IMG/VR virus record: IMGVR_UViG_3300006805_000016
Span: 1-38,610 of that record
Source: a virus
Lineage: Duplodnaviria > Caudoviricetes
Length of the DNA: 38,610 nt
Strand: one strand, 5' to 3'
The translations under genes and the position numbers were made by a program. Shown one piece after another: positions 1 to 6,225 of this stretch; positions within the stretch are counted from its first letter, which is position 1; every line of letters starts with the position of its first letter. The notes beneath the pieces were generated by a model, which saw only the letters and a list, made by a program, of their open reading frames with translations, was not told the origin of the DNA and made no database searches.

Positions 1-123
1 CTCACAGGCTTCACCTCTTCGTCTGATAGTTTTGGTGTGGTCATGGTTGCTCTCCGAAAATCTGTATTAAACTAACGAGTAGCCCTGGCGCGGCTCCACT
101 TATGAATCCCATAAAAAATGCGC
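1..123. repeat. Terminal direct repeat, left copy (assembly circularisation overlap)
   Basis: Identical to 38488-38610 (ctcacaggcttc...aaaaatgcgc); reading frames continue across the junction. Confidence 0.95.
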
Positions 124-148
124 GTCTAAGGTCGCGTAAGGAATTCAT
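41..148 (-). CDS. Small hydrophobic peptide, 35 aa (not in ORF track)
   Basis: MNSLRDLRRAFFMGFISGAAPGLLVSLIQIFGEQP; start overlaps the upstream stop (TGATG) and its stop overlaps the next ATG (ATGA at 41-44). Confidence 0.55.
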   Translation of the reverse strand: MNSLRDLRRAFFMGFISGAAPGLLVSLIQIFGEQP

Positions 149-432
149 CACCCCTCCCGTTTCCACACTTGGCCGTTGGGTTTGCGGATTTCTAAAATGC
201 CTCCATCGTTAAGCCGTTCCTTATCAATTCGATGCTCATCCCAACGACAGATACAAGTGATGCATTTGTGTGTGTACCAATCCCCCACCTCTAGCTCAGG
301 CATGGGGTTAGGGTCGGGGAGTTTGCGGAAGCCTATAAGCATATCTCCAGGCTGAACCTCCCCCGCGTTATAAAAACCCCACCCGTCAGGAAGGTACATT
401 ATTTTACCGTCTGTGAGCTTTATTGATTTCAT
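148..432 (-). CDS. Hypothetical phage protein
   Basis: ORF track; ATGA coupling to 429..617; C-terminal half resembles 722..973. Confidence 0.7.
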   Translation of the reverse strand: MKSIKLTDGKIMYLPDGWGFYNAGEVQPGDMLIGFRKLPDPNPMPELEVGDWYTHKCITCICRWDEHRIDKERLNDGGILEIRKPNGQVWKREG

Positions 433-617
433 TCCCCCTCTCCCAATTTCGGCAAACTAACAGAATCAAAACCCGGTAACGGCGGCGTTAGGTTTCTAGT
501 CGGAGTAAACGCCTCGCACTTGTCGCGATTCCAAACAACGGTAATTATCGCCTTGTGCTTGTCTGCAATTTGCTGAAAAGCTTCCCGGGCTGTTTCAATG
601 TCAATATCGGTTTTCAT
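429..617 (-). CDS. Hypothetical phage protein
   Basis: ORF track; GGAG RBS; ends in GEGE like other genes of this accessory region. Confidence 0.7.
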   Translation of the reverse strand: MKTDIDIETAREAFQQIADKHKAIITVVWNRDKCEAFTPTRNLTPPLPGFDSVSLPKLGEGE

Positions 618-632
618 ATGTGCGTAGCTCCA

Positions 633-737
633 TTAAAAATCATCCTCATCGCCCCCATTAGCAAAAGCCCCGATCAAGAAAACAATCGAGAAGAAGATAA
701 GCCCCGCGACGATTAAAATAATTATTTCTGTGTCCAT
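633..737 (-). CDS. Small single-pass membrane protein, 34 aa (not in ORF track)
   Basis: MDTEIIILIVAGLIFFSIVFLIGAFANGGDEDDF; ACGGAG RBS upstream; fills the gap between neighbours. Confidence 0.7.
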   Translation of the reverse strand: MDTEIIILIVAGLIFFSIVFLIGAFANGGDEDDF

Positions 738-973
738 ATCGTTTCTCCGTTTTCATTCCTAATTTCTGCGATCTGCTCGAGGGTTATTCGAGCACATTCA
801 GGATCTTGCCCTGGTTTATAGTTCCAAACGTGAACCTTTGAATCTATTAGCCCTCGAATAAACATCCAGCTATAAATCGATCCGACTTGGTTTTCGATTT
901 CAGGTTGCCAAAACGTCACATTAACCTTAACAGCTTGCCCGAGTTTTAGTTGTGGGAGGGGTTTTCTAATCAT
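722..973 (-). CDS. Hypothetical phage protein (start revised to MIRKPLPQ)
   Basis: GAGG RBS before ATG at 973, directly after the stop of 975..1154; similar to the C-terminal half of 148..432. Confidence 0.7.
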   Translation of the reverse strand: MIRKPLPQLKLGQAVKVNVTFWQPEIENQVGSIYSWMFIRGLIDSKVHVWNYKPGQDPECARITLEQIAEIRNENGETIWTQK

Positions 974-974
974 T

Positions 975-1154
975 TTAATGCCCTCGGTATGTTTGATATT
1001 TATAGGGAAAGAATAGAGAGGCGAGATACATAACCCCGACGGACTCCCAATACCCAAGCGTCGGCATGTTGTGTAGATAATCGTAATAATTCCATAGAAA
1101 CATGAAAATTATTGGCCTAACAAAGAGCACGCCTAGAGATTCGTAGATTGTCAT
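975..1154 (-). CDS. Small membrane protein, 59 aa (not in ORF track)
   Basis: MTIYESLGVLFVRPIIFMFLWNYYDYLHNMPTLGYWESVGVMYLASLFFPYKYQTYRGH; ATGA overlap with the upstream stop; two hydrophobic stretches. Confidence 0.7.
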   Translation of the reverse strand: MTIYESLGVLFVRPIIFMFLWNYYDYLHNMPTLGYWESVGVMYLASLFFPYKYQTYRGH

Positions 1155-1486
1155 GCCGCCTTCCTACTTGCTTCACTTAATCCGGTTAAACTTCTAGTTT
1201 CGAAAAATCCTTTATGCGCCGGGTATTTAATCTCGAAAGCTCTCGCGTAGTACGCCGTGAAAGAGTTGCAGATTTTGAACTCGTCCTTTGTCTCGATTGA
1301 TTCTTCGTAACGAATATTCTCCATAATACATTTAGCTCCGAAGCGTTTGATTCCGCACGCGATAAGGTTTAGGGCTTTTTCCTCAAACTTTCTCCATATC
1401 TGAGGCAGGTTTGTATGGTATTTGAGAAACGCTCTTACGGTGAGCGGGTCGCATCCTGCGTTTTTAAGTGCAATTTCCATATTCAT
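1151..1486 (-). CDS. Hypothetical phage protein, possibly DNA-binding
   Basis: ORF track; ATGA-coupled to the replication gene; basic and helical (IMENIRYE...FTAYYARAF...FFETR). Confidence 0.75.
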   Translation of the reverse strand: MNMEIALKNAGCDPLTVRAFLKYHTNLPQIWRKFEEKALNLIACGIKRFGAKCIMENIRYEESIETKDEFKICNSFTAYYARAFEIKYPAHKGFFETRSLTGLSEASRKAA

Positions 1487-2364
1487 GCGGCTTTTTCTCC
1501 TTTGTAAGCTTCGGGGAATCTCTCTCGAATTAAAGCTCTAGCTTTCTCGCGATCTTCTTCGCTCAAGGGTTTTGGTTTGGGTGTTTGCGGGTCTTTAAAT
1601 GGTTGTTGAGCGGGTGAAGCCGGGGCTTCGCCGCGCTCTGCTTTTTTGCGCGAGGCTTTTTCCTCGTAGAGAATCTTGCGGAGCCAAGAGGCTGTAATGT
1701 CTCGATATAAACACCCGGTTTTAATGCGTGACGGGTCTTTGTGGTAGTAGAGCGCGAGCTGTTCTAGGGCTTCCGTGTAGTACTTCAAGAGCCCGTAGTC
1801 TTTGAGTTTTGCTTTGATGTGGTCGCGGGAAAAGTCGTTCGGGGTAATTATTACCCGCTCGGGGGTGTAGACGACCTCGGAGTATTTCGAAGGGGGTTTA
1901 GGGGGTTCTCCTTTCTTTTTTTCTTCATATTCATATTCATATTCATATTCAATATGATTCTCGCTTGTTTGTGTCTGGATTCTGGGAGGATTCTCGGAGG
2001 ATTCTCCTTTGATTTCGTCTCGTTTCTGTCTACCTTTACGATAGTTTTCGCGCTTAACCTTAAAAGATTTGTCGTCATTAACTATCTGAGAATTAAAGAA
2101 AAAATCTCCTGATTCATCAAGTAACCCTACTTCGACGGCTGATGTTAAAACCTCATCTATCTTTTCTTTGGTGAATGGAATTGGGAAAGGGAGAAAATGG
2201 ACGGCTGATTTTTCAATTTTACAATTTCGCTCTTGCGACGAAGCGAGCCAAATGGTTTGTAATATTATTACGGCCTCGGCTCCATGATCGGCGATCCATT
2301 TTCGGTTTCTAGGTTTTGTGTAGAAATCGTGCCCGAGGAATATTGAGGGTAGCTTGTCGCTCAT
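1483..2364 (-). CDS. Phage replication initiator (lambda O / DUF4373-like N-terminal domain)
   Basis: N-terminal helical domain (RKWIADHGAEAVIILQTIW), low-complexity linker with EYEYEYEYEE, internal iteron-like repeats; ATG at 2364 follows an AGGGGG SD (track start GTG 2370). Confidence 0.75.
   Translation of the reverse strand: MSDKLPSIFLGHDFYTKPRNRKWIADHGAEAVIILQTIWLASSQERNCKIEKSAVHFLPFPIPFTKEKIDEVLTSAVEVGLLDESGDFFFNSQIVNDDKSFKVKRENYRKGRQKRDEIKGESSENPPRIQTQTSENHIEYEYEYEYEEKKKGEPPKPPSKYSEVVYTPERVIITPNDFSRDHIKAKLKDYGLLKYYTEALEQLALYYHKDPSRIKTGCLYRDITASWLRKILYEEKASRKKAERGEAPASPAQQPFKDPQTPKPKPLSEEDREKARALIRERFPEAYKGEKAA
1924..2016. repeat. Candidate replication origin: 11-bp-phased iterons next to an AT-rich (TTCATA)4 tract
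   Basis: GATTCT at 1956, 1978, 1989, 2000 and GATTTC at 2011 (multiples of 11 bp); TTCATA x4 from 1924; inside the initiator gene, as for lambda ori in gene O. Confidence 0.65.
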
Positions 2365-2470
2365 TGCCACCCCCTAGAAAGAGAATAAGGGATCGCGCCT
2401 TCTAACTTTCCAATCAGGGTTGCAAGCTGAGTTTCTTTAATTGACACGATCCCCTCTCCTTAGAGGATCG
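2365..2470 (-). promoter_or_regulatory. Structured 5' leader of the replication gene with two alternative folds
   Basis: 13-bp stem 2443-2455/2387-2399 with G-U pairs that work only on the minus strand; competing 9-bp hairpin 2462-2470/2447-2455; anti-SD CCUCUA. Confidence 0.55.
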
Positions 2471-2501
2471 CCCTTGTGGTGCTGTTAGTGCCTTTCCATT
2501 T

Positions 2502-2574
2502 TTGACTGATAATTACAGCTCGTATCAGTCAATTTTGACAATTTCGTAAAGTTATCGGTCAATTATGACTGATT
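2502..2574. repeat. Cluster of four TTGACTGATA-like 10-mers in direct and inverted orientation (protein-binding sites)
   Basis: ttgactgata 2502-2511, tatcagtcaa 2523-2532, tatcggtcaa 2553-2562, atgactgatt 2565-2574. Confidence 0.7.
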
Positions 2575-2699
2575 CCGTCTGAAATTGAATGGTAGGGTAT
2601 TTGTAGCGATCCGCAGAACGATCTCATAAAACGTTTCATAGCATGATGGTGATCACGCTGTACATATATTTTTTCACATTGCGATGAAAAATTTTTCAT

Positions 2700-3638
2700 T
2701 TAGTATTTAACCTTTTTGACAGGTTGAGCATCTACGCCCGTTACATCTTGCCAATATGTCTCGACACTTTGGATCGAGCTGTGTCCGGTGACTTTTTGAA
2801 CGTCTCTAAGTGGCACGCCTTCTTCTATCATTTTACTAATTGCTGTTTTTCGCCCTGAGTGTGGCGTGATTGTAGACGGAGCGCCCGCCTCGGCTGCGTG
2901 GTTTTTGAATTTTCGGTAGAACGTGCTCTCGGATAGTGGTTTGTTGTTTGGTTTTTTAGGCACGCCGTAATACTGGCAGAACATATAAGCGCTTGAGTCG
3001 CCCGTTTCGGCCTCACGTTGAGCGATAATCTTTTCTATTACGTTTGCCGCCCATGGGGCTATTAAAACTTCTCTATAGGCTGTTTTGGCCATAAGGATAC
3101 GGGCGTAGTAGTTGCCATCGGGTGTTTTTTTGATGTTATTAAGAGTTAAAAGTCTAACCTCTGAGGGTCTTAAGGCTGAACCGTAAAGTAGAGAGAGTAT
3201 CGCTTTGTCTCTTAGCCCTTCTCGATCTTCTCCTTGGGAGTCGATCATTTTTCTAACCGTCGCGTAATTAGTGCGCTCGGTTCTTCTTTTAGGGTCGGCC
3301 TTTTTTCTCATCATTGGGAGATCTGGCCTGTCGAAAGGGTTATCGGTGCATAGCTTCATGGCGGTTAAATACTTATAGAAACTTTTTAGTATGAAGATTT
3401 TTCGCTTAATTGTTCCAAGAGAAATCTCATCGCTTCCGTTATATCTGCTTTTTTGCCCTTTTCTTTTTTTGAGCTCTTGAATGTATCTCCAAACGTCTTG
3501 AAGATTCGGGGCGAGTATCTGGTCTACCCCTACAAATTGCGACCACTCAAGAATTGTCGATCTGTATTGCCTAACTGAATTAATAGATCCGAGGTGAACT
3601 GATAGGTATAGCTCTATGTTTCGAGCAAAATTCGACAT
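2700..3638 (-). CDS. int: Tyrosine recombinase / integrase (XerC/D-like, 312 aa)
   Basis: Catalytic set present: R (GSALRPSE), K (MAKT), HxxR (PHSGR), H (TGHSS), Y (VETY); N-terminal core-binding domain. Confidence 0.93.
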   Translation of the reverse strand: MSNFARNIELYLSVHLGSINSVRQYRSTILEWSQFVGVDQILAPNLQDVWRYIQELKKRKGQKSRYNGSDEISLGTIKRKIFILKSFYKYLTAMKLCTDNPFDRPDLPMMRKKADPKRRTERTNYATVRKMIDSQGEDREGLRDKAILSLLYGSALRPSEVRLLTLNNIKKTPDGNYYARILMAKTAYREVLIAPWAANVIEKIIAQREAETGDSSAYMFCQYYGVPKKPNNKPLSESTFYRKFKNHAAEAGAPSTITPHSGRKTAISKMIEEGVPLRDVQKVTGHSSIQSVETYWQDVTGVDAQPVKKVKY

Positions 3639-3697
3639 GGAATAATACTAAAAATTCTACGCCGTCCATGGAATTTGCTGTAAACTATATCTATCAT
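3614..3697 (-). CDS. Short ORF, 27 aa, overlapping the recombinase start
   Basis: GAGGA SD before ATG at 3697; MIDIVYSKFHGRRRIFSIIPCRILLET; stop lies inside int. Confidence 0.35.
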   Translation of the reverse strand: MIDIVYSKFHGRRRIFSIIPCRILLET

Positions 3698-3735
3698 TTG
3701 ATTCCTCGTTTGTGTAAAATTATTCGCTTTTTATT

Positions 3736-3772
3736 AGCCCCCAAGGCGTTGAAATTATTAGTCTCGGGGGTT
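3736..3772. terminator. Stem-loop between the ATPase and recombinase genes (terminator or processing site)
   Basis: agcccccaaggc ... gtctcgggggtt imperfect inverted repeat right after the ATPase stop; no clean U-tract on the minus strand. Confidence 0.4.
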
Positions 3773-3778
3773 TATTCG

Positions 3779-5041
3779 TTAATTTGCTATTAAAGTTTCC
3801 TGTGTGGCTGTGAAAGATTCCGGTAGATCGTCCTCTACGGGCTTTTCTCCTTCAAAGTCGGCTTTCGCCTGATTCTCGGCGGCTTTGAGTAGAAACCCTT
3901 TCATTTCCTCCGGGTCAACGAACTCTCTACCCCCTTTTATGGCGGCTTCAAGCTCGCGAATCACTTTGAGGCCGATTTGTAGGCGCTCGAGCGGAATAGT
4001 TTTCTCGAAAGCGGTGCGAGAACGTACTCCGAAAACTACCTCACCTATGAGCGCTCGGGTTTGTTTTGCCGCCGCGGCGGTTCCCGGGAAAAGAGCATCT
4101 AGCGCCCCGTCTATCTCTTCAATGGTTATGGTTTTGATTTGAGCGTGTTTTGATACGCGCCCTTCTCCATCGTCGCCGGGAAATAGATCCTCGCTCGTGC
4201 GCGTGGCATCATATGTTTTTTGCACCCCTCCAATGTTTAGAGAGCTAAAAACAGGCTCGAAAGGTTTAAATGTTATAGACCAATCGCCTTTTTTGTAGCC
4301 GGTTTTAGGCCGCTCAAAGTTAAAAGCTTTACCGTTAATCGTATCGGTTCTGTCTTTTAGTATGTGAGCTCTATGAGTCCATCCAGCGCCCGGAGTGTTA
4401 CCCTTTTGAACTCTCTCCATCTCTATCAAGAGAGAGGGCTCGTAACCGAACTCACCCTCGGCTTTCATCTTAGAGGCTCCCTTTTGAAGCTCTTTTTTCC
4501 CGGTTTCTTCGTTGGTTTCATATTCCCAAACGTTACCGGCTCGACCACATACTATGATGTGCATAGAGGTGTTTAGAAAGGCCGCTGTCCACTTCGCCCA
4601 TTCTCTTTTAATGTCTGCATAGTGCTGAAATTCCAGCTTCTCGACCGGGTAAAACTTCCACCCCTCTTTTCTCGCTTTCATTTCTCGAGCCCTATTAACT
4701 GCCCTTAGCTTAGCTTCCATAACCTCGCTCCATACGTGCGAGATTGAATCAACTATAAGAACGGAGCACGTTTTTTCGGCCTCTTTTGCGACCTCGAGAA
4801 GATCGCTTAAAGCGTGGCTCTTTTTGCGGAGTAGTTTAATACCCTCCACCTTGAAGCGCTCAATTAAGAAATCAGATCCCGCCTCGGTTTCAAAGAACGC
4901 GACGGGTTTACCGTTACTTAGTTTATGAGCCATCGCGATCGCAAGGTGTGACGCGGTTGTGGTCTTACCACTTCCCGCGGTTCCAAAGATCCCGGCTTTT
5001 AAATATGCTTGTTCGTTCACAGCTTCCTCTAGTATTCCCAT
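3779..5041 (-). CDS. AAA-family P-loop ATPase (AAA_24 / Sak4-like recombination protein)
   Basis: Walker A GTAGSGKTT, ETEAGS, Walker B LIVDSISH, later KAEGEFGYEP and KDRT motifs; GGAG SD before ATG at 5041 (track start 5050). Confidence 0.85.
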   Translation of the reverse strand: MGILEEAVNEQAYLKAGIFGTAGSGKTTTASHLAIAMAHKLSNGKPVAFFETEAGSDFLIERFKVEGIKLLRKKSHALSDLLEVAKEAEKTCSVLIVDSISHVWSEVMEAKLRAVNRAREMKARKEGWKFYPVEKLEFQHYADIKREWAKWTAAFLNTSMHIIVCGRAGNVWEYETNEETGKKELQKGASKMKAEGEFGYEPSLLIEMERVQKGNTPGAGWTHRAHILKDRTDTINGKAFNFERPKTGYKKGDWSITFKPFEPVFSSLNIGGVQKTYDATRTSEDLFPGDDGEGRVSKHAQIKTITIEEIDGALDALFPGTAAAAKQTRALIGEVVFGVRSRTAFEKTIPLERLQIGLKVIRELEAAIKGGREFVDPEEMKGFLLKAAENQAKADFEGEKPVEDDLPESFTATQETLIAN

Positions 5042-5065
5042 TTTATTCACTCCGTATAGTTAAAC

Positions 5066-5314
5066 TTACTTTCTATCGTTTTTAGCCATTGTATAAATAT
5101 CGTTGGCTCTTAATTCCCCTACTCTTTCATCGACGGCTCTTTCAAACGCGCCGCTCTCAACAAAAAGCTTGAATTGAGTTTTTACGTTTTTGAGCTCAAA
5201 GTCGTAAACTCCGAACGCGACCAAAAACCCACCTACCCACGCGCCGAGCGCGGGTAGGAATAATAAAATAATGATCGCGGCATCGAGGCCGAAATGTTTA
5301 ATTTTCTCTATCAT
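5066..5314 (-). CDS. Hypothetical membrane protein
   Basis: Long N-terminal hydrophobic segment; GGAGG SD; TAATG coupling. Confidence 0.75.
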   Translation of the reverse strand: MIEKIKHFGLDAAIIILLFLPALGAWVGGFLVAFGVYDFELKNVKTQFKLFVESGAFERAVDERVGELRANDIYTMAKNDRK

Positions 5315-5463
5315 TACTTAACCCTCCTATAGTTAGGTGATTCTGTTGTGTTGCTTTTGTCGGTTTTGCCCGTGTAATCAACTCCAAAATGAACCGTACA
5401 ACCTGAGAGCATCCCGAGAATTGCGGCCAAAATGCACGCCTTAATTGTTAATGCAGTAACCAT
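5314..5463 (-). CDS. Small lipoprotein, 49 aa (start revised to MVTALT)
   Basis: GGAGG SD before ATG at 5463; hydrophobic signal then lipobox LSG-C. Confidence 0.7.
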   Translation of the reverse strand: MVTALTIKACILAAILGMLSGCTVHFGVDYTGKTDKSNTTESPNYRRVK

Positions 5464-5533
5464 ATAAAACCTCCATGTAAAAAAACGGGGAAATCTAAAG
5501 TCCTTACTTAATAAAAATCCCCGTAGTATGCAG

Positions 5534-5660
5534 AATTGCGTACCAAGAATAAGAGGCCGGAATTGCACCGGCTACCCTAGCCCCCTGTATTCCCGCCCAT
5601 GAAAACGGGTCATAGGTTGCGTGTCGCTGTCCACGCCGCTCTTATTCTTGCTGCACAATT
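5534..5660 (-). ncRNA. tRNA-like structured RNA (non-canonical cloverleaf)
   Basis: Perfect 12-bp closing stem 5544-5555/5639-5650, 2-nt linker, D-like arm GCGUG-GACAGCGA-CACGC, long middle arm, T-like arm GCCGG-UGCAAUU-CCGGC stacked directly on the closing stem. Confidence 0.7.
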
Positions 5661-5958
5661 ATCTAATTCCCTTCGCCTCCCTATAACTCTGCTCGTCCGA
5701 TTCAGCTATCCGAATGGCCTCCGAGCACGATAAGCAAATAGTGCCCTCGTCGGTTTCGTAATCCTCATCGTAAGGCGTTTTAATCTCTTCACACTTACAA
5801 CAACGAAAGAGAAAGCCGTCGTTAAGATAATCGGCGATAATCGGCGCGATAGAATCCTCTATAGCTGTATCCTCATTCTCAAACAGATAATCGATAAGCT
5901 CTTTTAGCTTTTCTCTCTTCTCTCTTTCTTGGTCGGAAATTTTGCTTTTATCTGCCAT
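5659..5958 (-). CDS. Hypothetical protein with a zinc-finger-like motif
   Basis: CCKC...CLSC cysteine pairs; acidic; GGGGAG SD. Confidence 0.75.
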   Translation of the reverse strand: MADKSKISDQEREKREKLKELIDYLFENEDTAIEDSIAPIIADYLNDGFLFRCCKCEEIKTPYDEDYETDEGTICLSCSEAIRIAESDEQSYREAKGIR

Positions 5959-6124
5959 ATCTCCCCTCTTCCACTTGAAGCGCGTCGAGTATTTCGAGGT
6001 GCCTCAATATATTTTTATTTTTTCTTGGTTGCTTCCTTGCTTCCCGTCTGCAACGCACTAAAGCGTTAAGCATACAAACCGCGACGGATTCGGCTGGATA
6101 TTTTGTTTTGAGCTTCTTATTCAT
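5948..6124 (-). CDS. Small basic protein, 58 aa, first gene of the leftward operon (not in ORF track)
   Basis: MNKKLKTKYPAESVAVCMLNALVRCRREARKQPRKNKNILRHLEILDALQVEEGRYGR; AAGGT SD; downstream of the predicted leftward promoter. Confidence 0.6.
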   Translation of the reverse strand: MNKKLKTKYPAESVAVCMLNALVRCRREARKQPRKNKNILRHLEILDALQVEEGRYGR

Positions 6125-6147
6125 ATGTAACTACCTTTGTATAAGTA

Positions 6148-6176
6148 AGATTATATAAAGATATCGTCGGATGCAA
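6148..6176 (-). promoter_or_regulatory. Leftward (lytic) sigma70-type promoter
   Basis: TTGCAT-17 bp-TAATCT (with overlapping TATAAT) in the AT-rich divergent intergenic region. Confidence 0.55.
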
Positions 6177-6195
6177 GAATAAATGTATAAAAATC

Positions 6196-6225
6196 TTTAC
6201 ATATATGAAGAATCTTTTATATACT
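6196..6225 (+). promoter_or_regulatory. Rightward promoter for the putative repressor, likely leaderless transcript
   Basis: TTTACA-18 bp-TATACT, ending 7 nt before ATG 6233; no SD. Confidence 0.55.

Noticed and set aside
1-123. Physical terminal repeat of the virion DNA
   Set aside because: It falls mid-gene in the accessory region, far from terS; an assembler overlap of a circular or permuted genome is the simpler explanation.
1924-1950. Phase-variable simple repeat (TTCATA)4
   Set aside because: A 6-bp unit keeps the frame; better explained as the origin AT-rich tract and linker.
2502-2574. Mini CRISPR array
   Set aside because: Repeats are 10 bp, partly inverted and irregularly spaced; no cas genes.
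3614-3697. Frameshift fusing the uORF to the recombinase
   Set aside because: The int frame has a TAG four codons upstream of its ATG, immediately after the only slippery-looking run.
5464-5568. N-terminal extension of ORF 5314..5568
   Set aside because: TTG start inside the structured RNA; the ATG at 5463 has a GGAGG SD and gives a proper lipoprotein signal.
5550-5580. Cobalamin riboswitch (AGGGUA-GCCGGUGCAAUUCCGGC resembles its T-loop arm)
   Set aside because: The downstream CCCCGCAACUGU-type segment and B12 box are absent, and the arm is closed by a tRNA-like helix.
5534-5660. Canonical tRNA-Met/Ile2 (CAU) or tRNA-Sec (UCA)
   Set aside because: No 5-bp/7-nt anticodon arm at the right distance, T loop is UGCAAUU, the acceptor helix is too long and no CCA is encoded; reported as tRNA-like instead.
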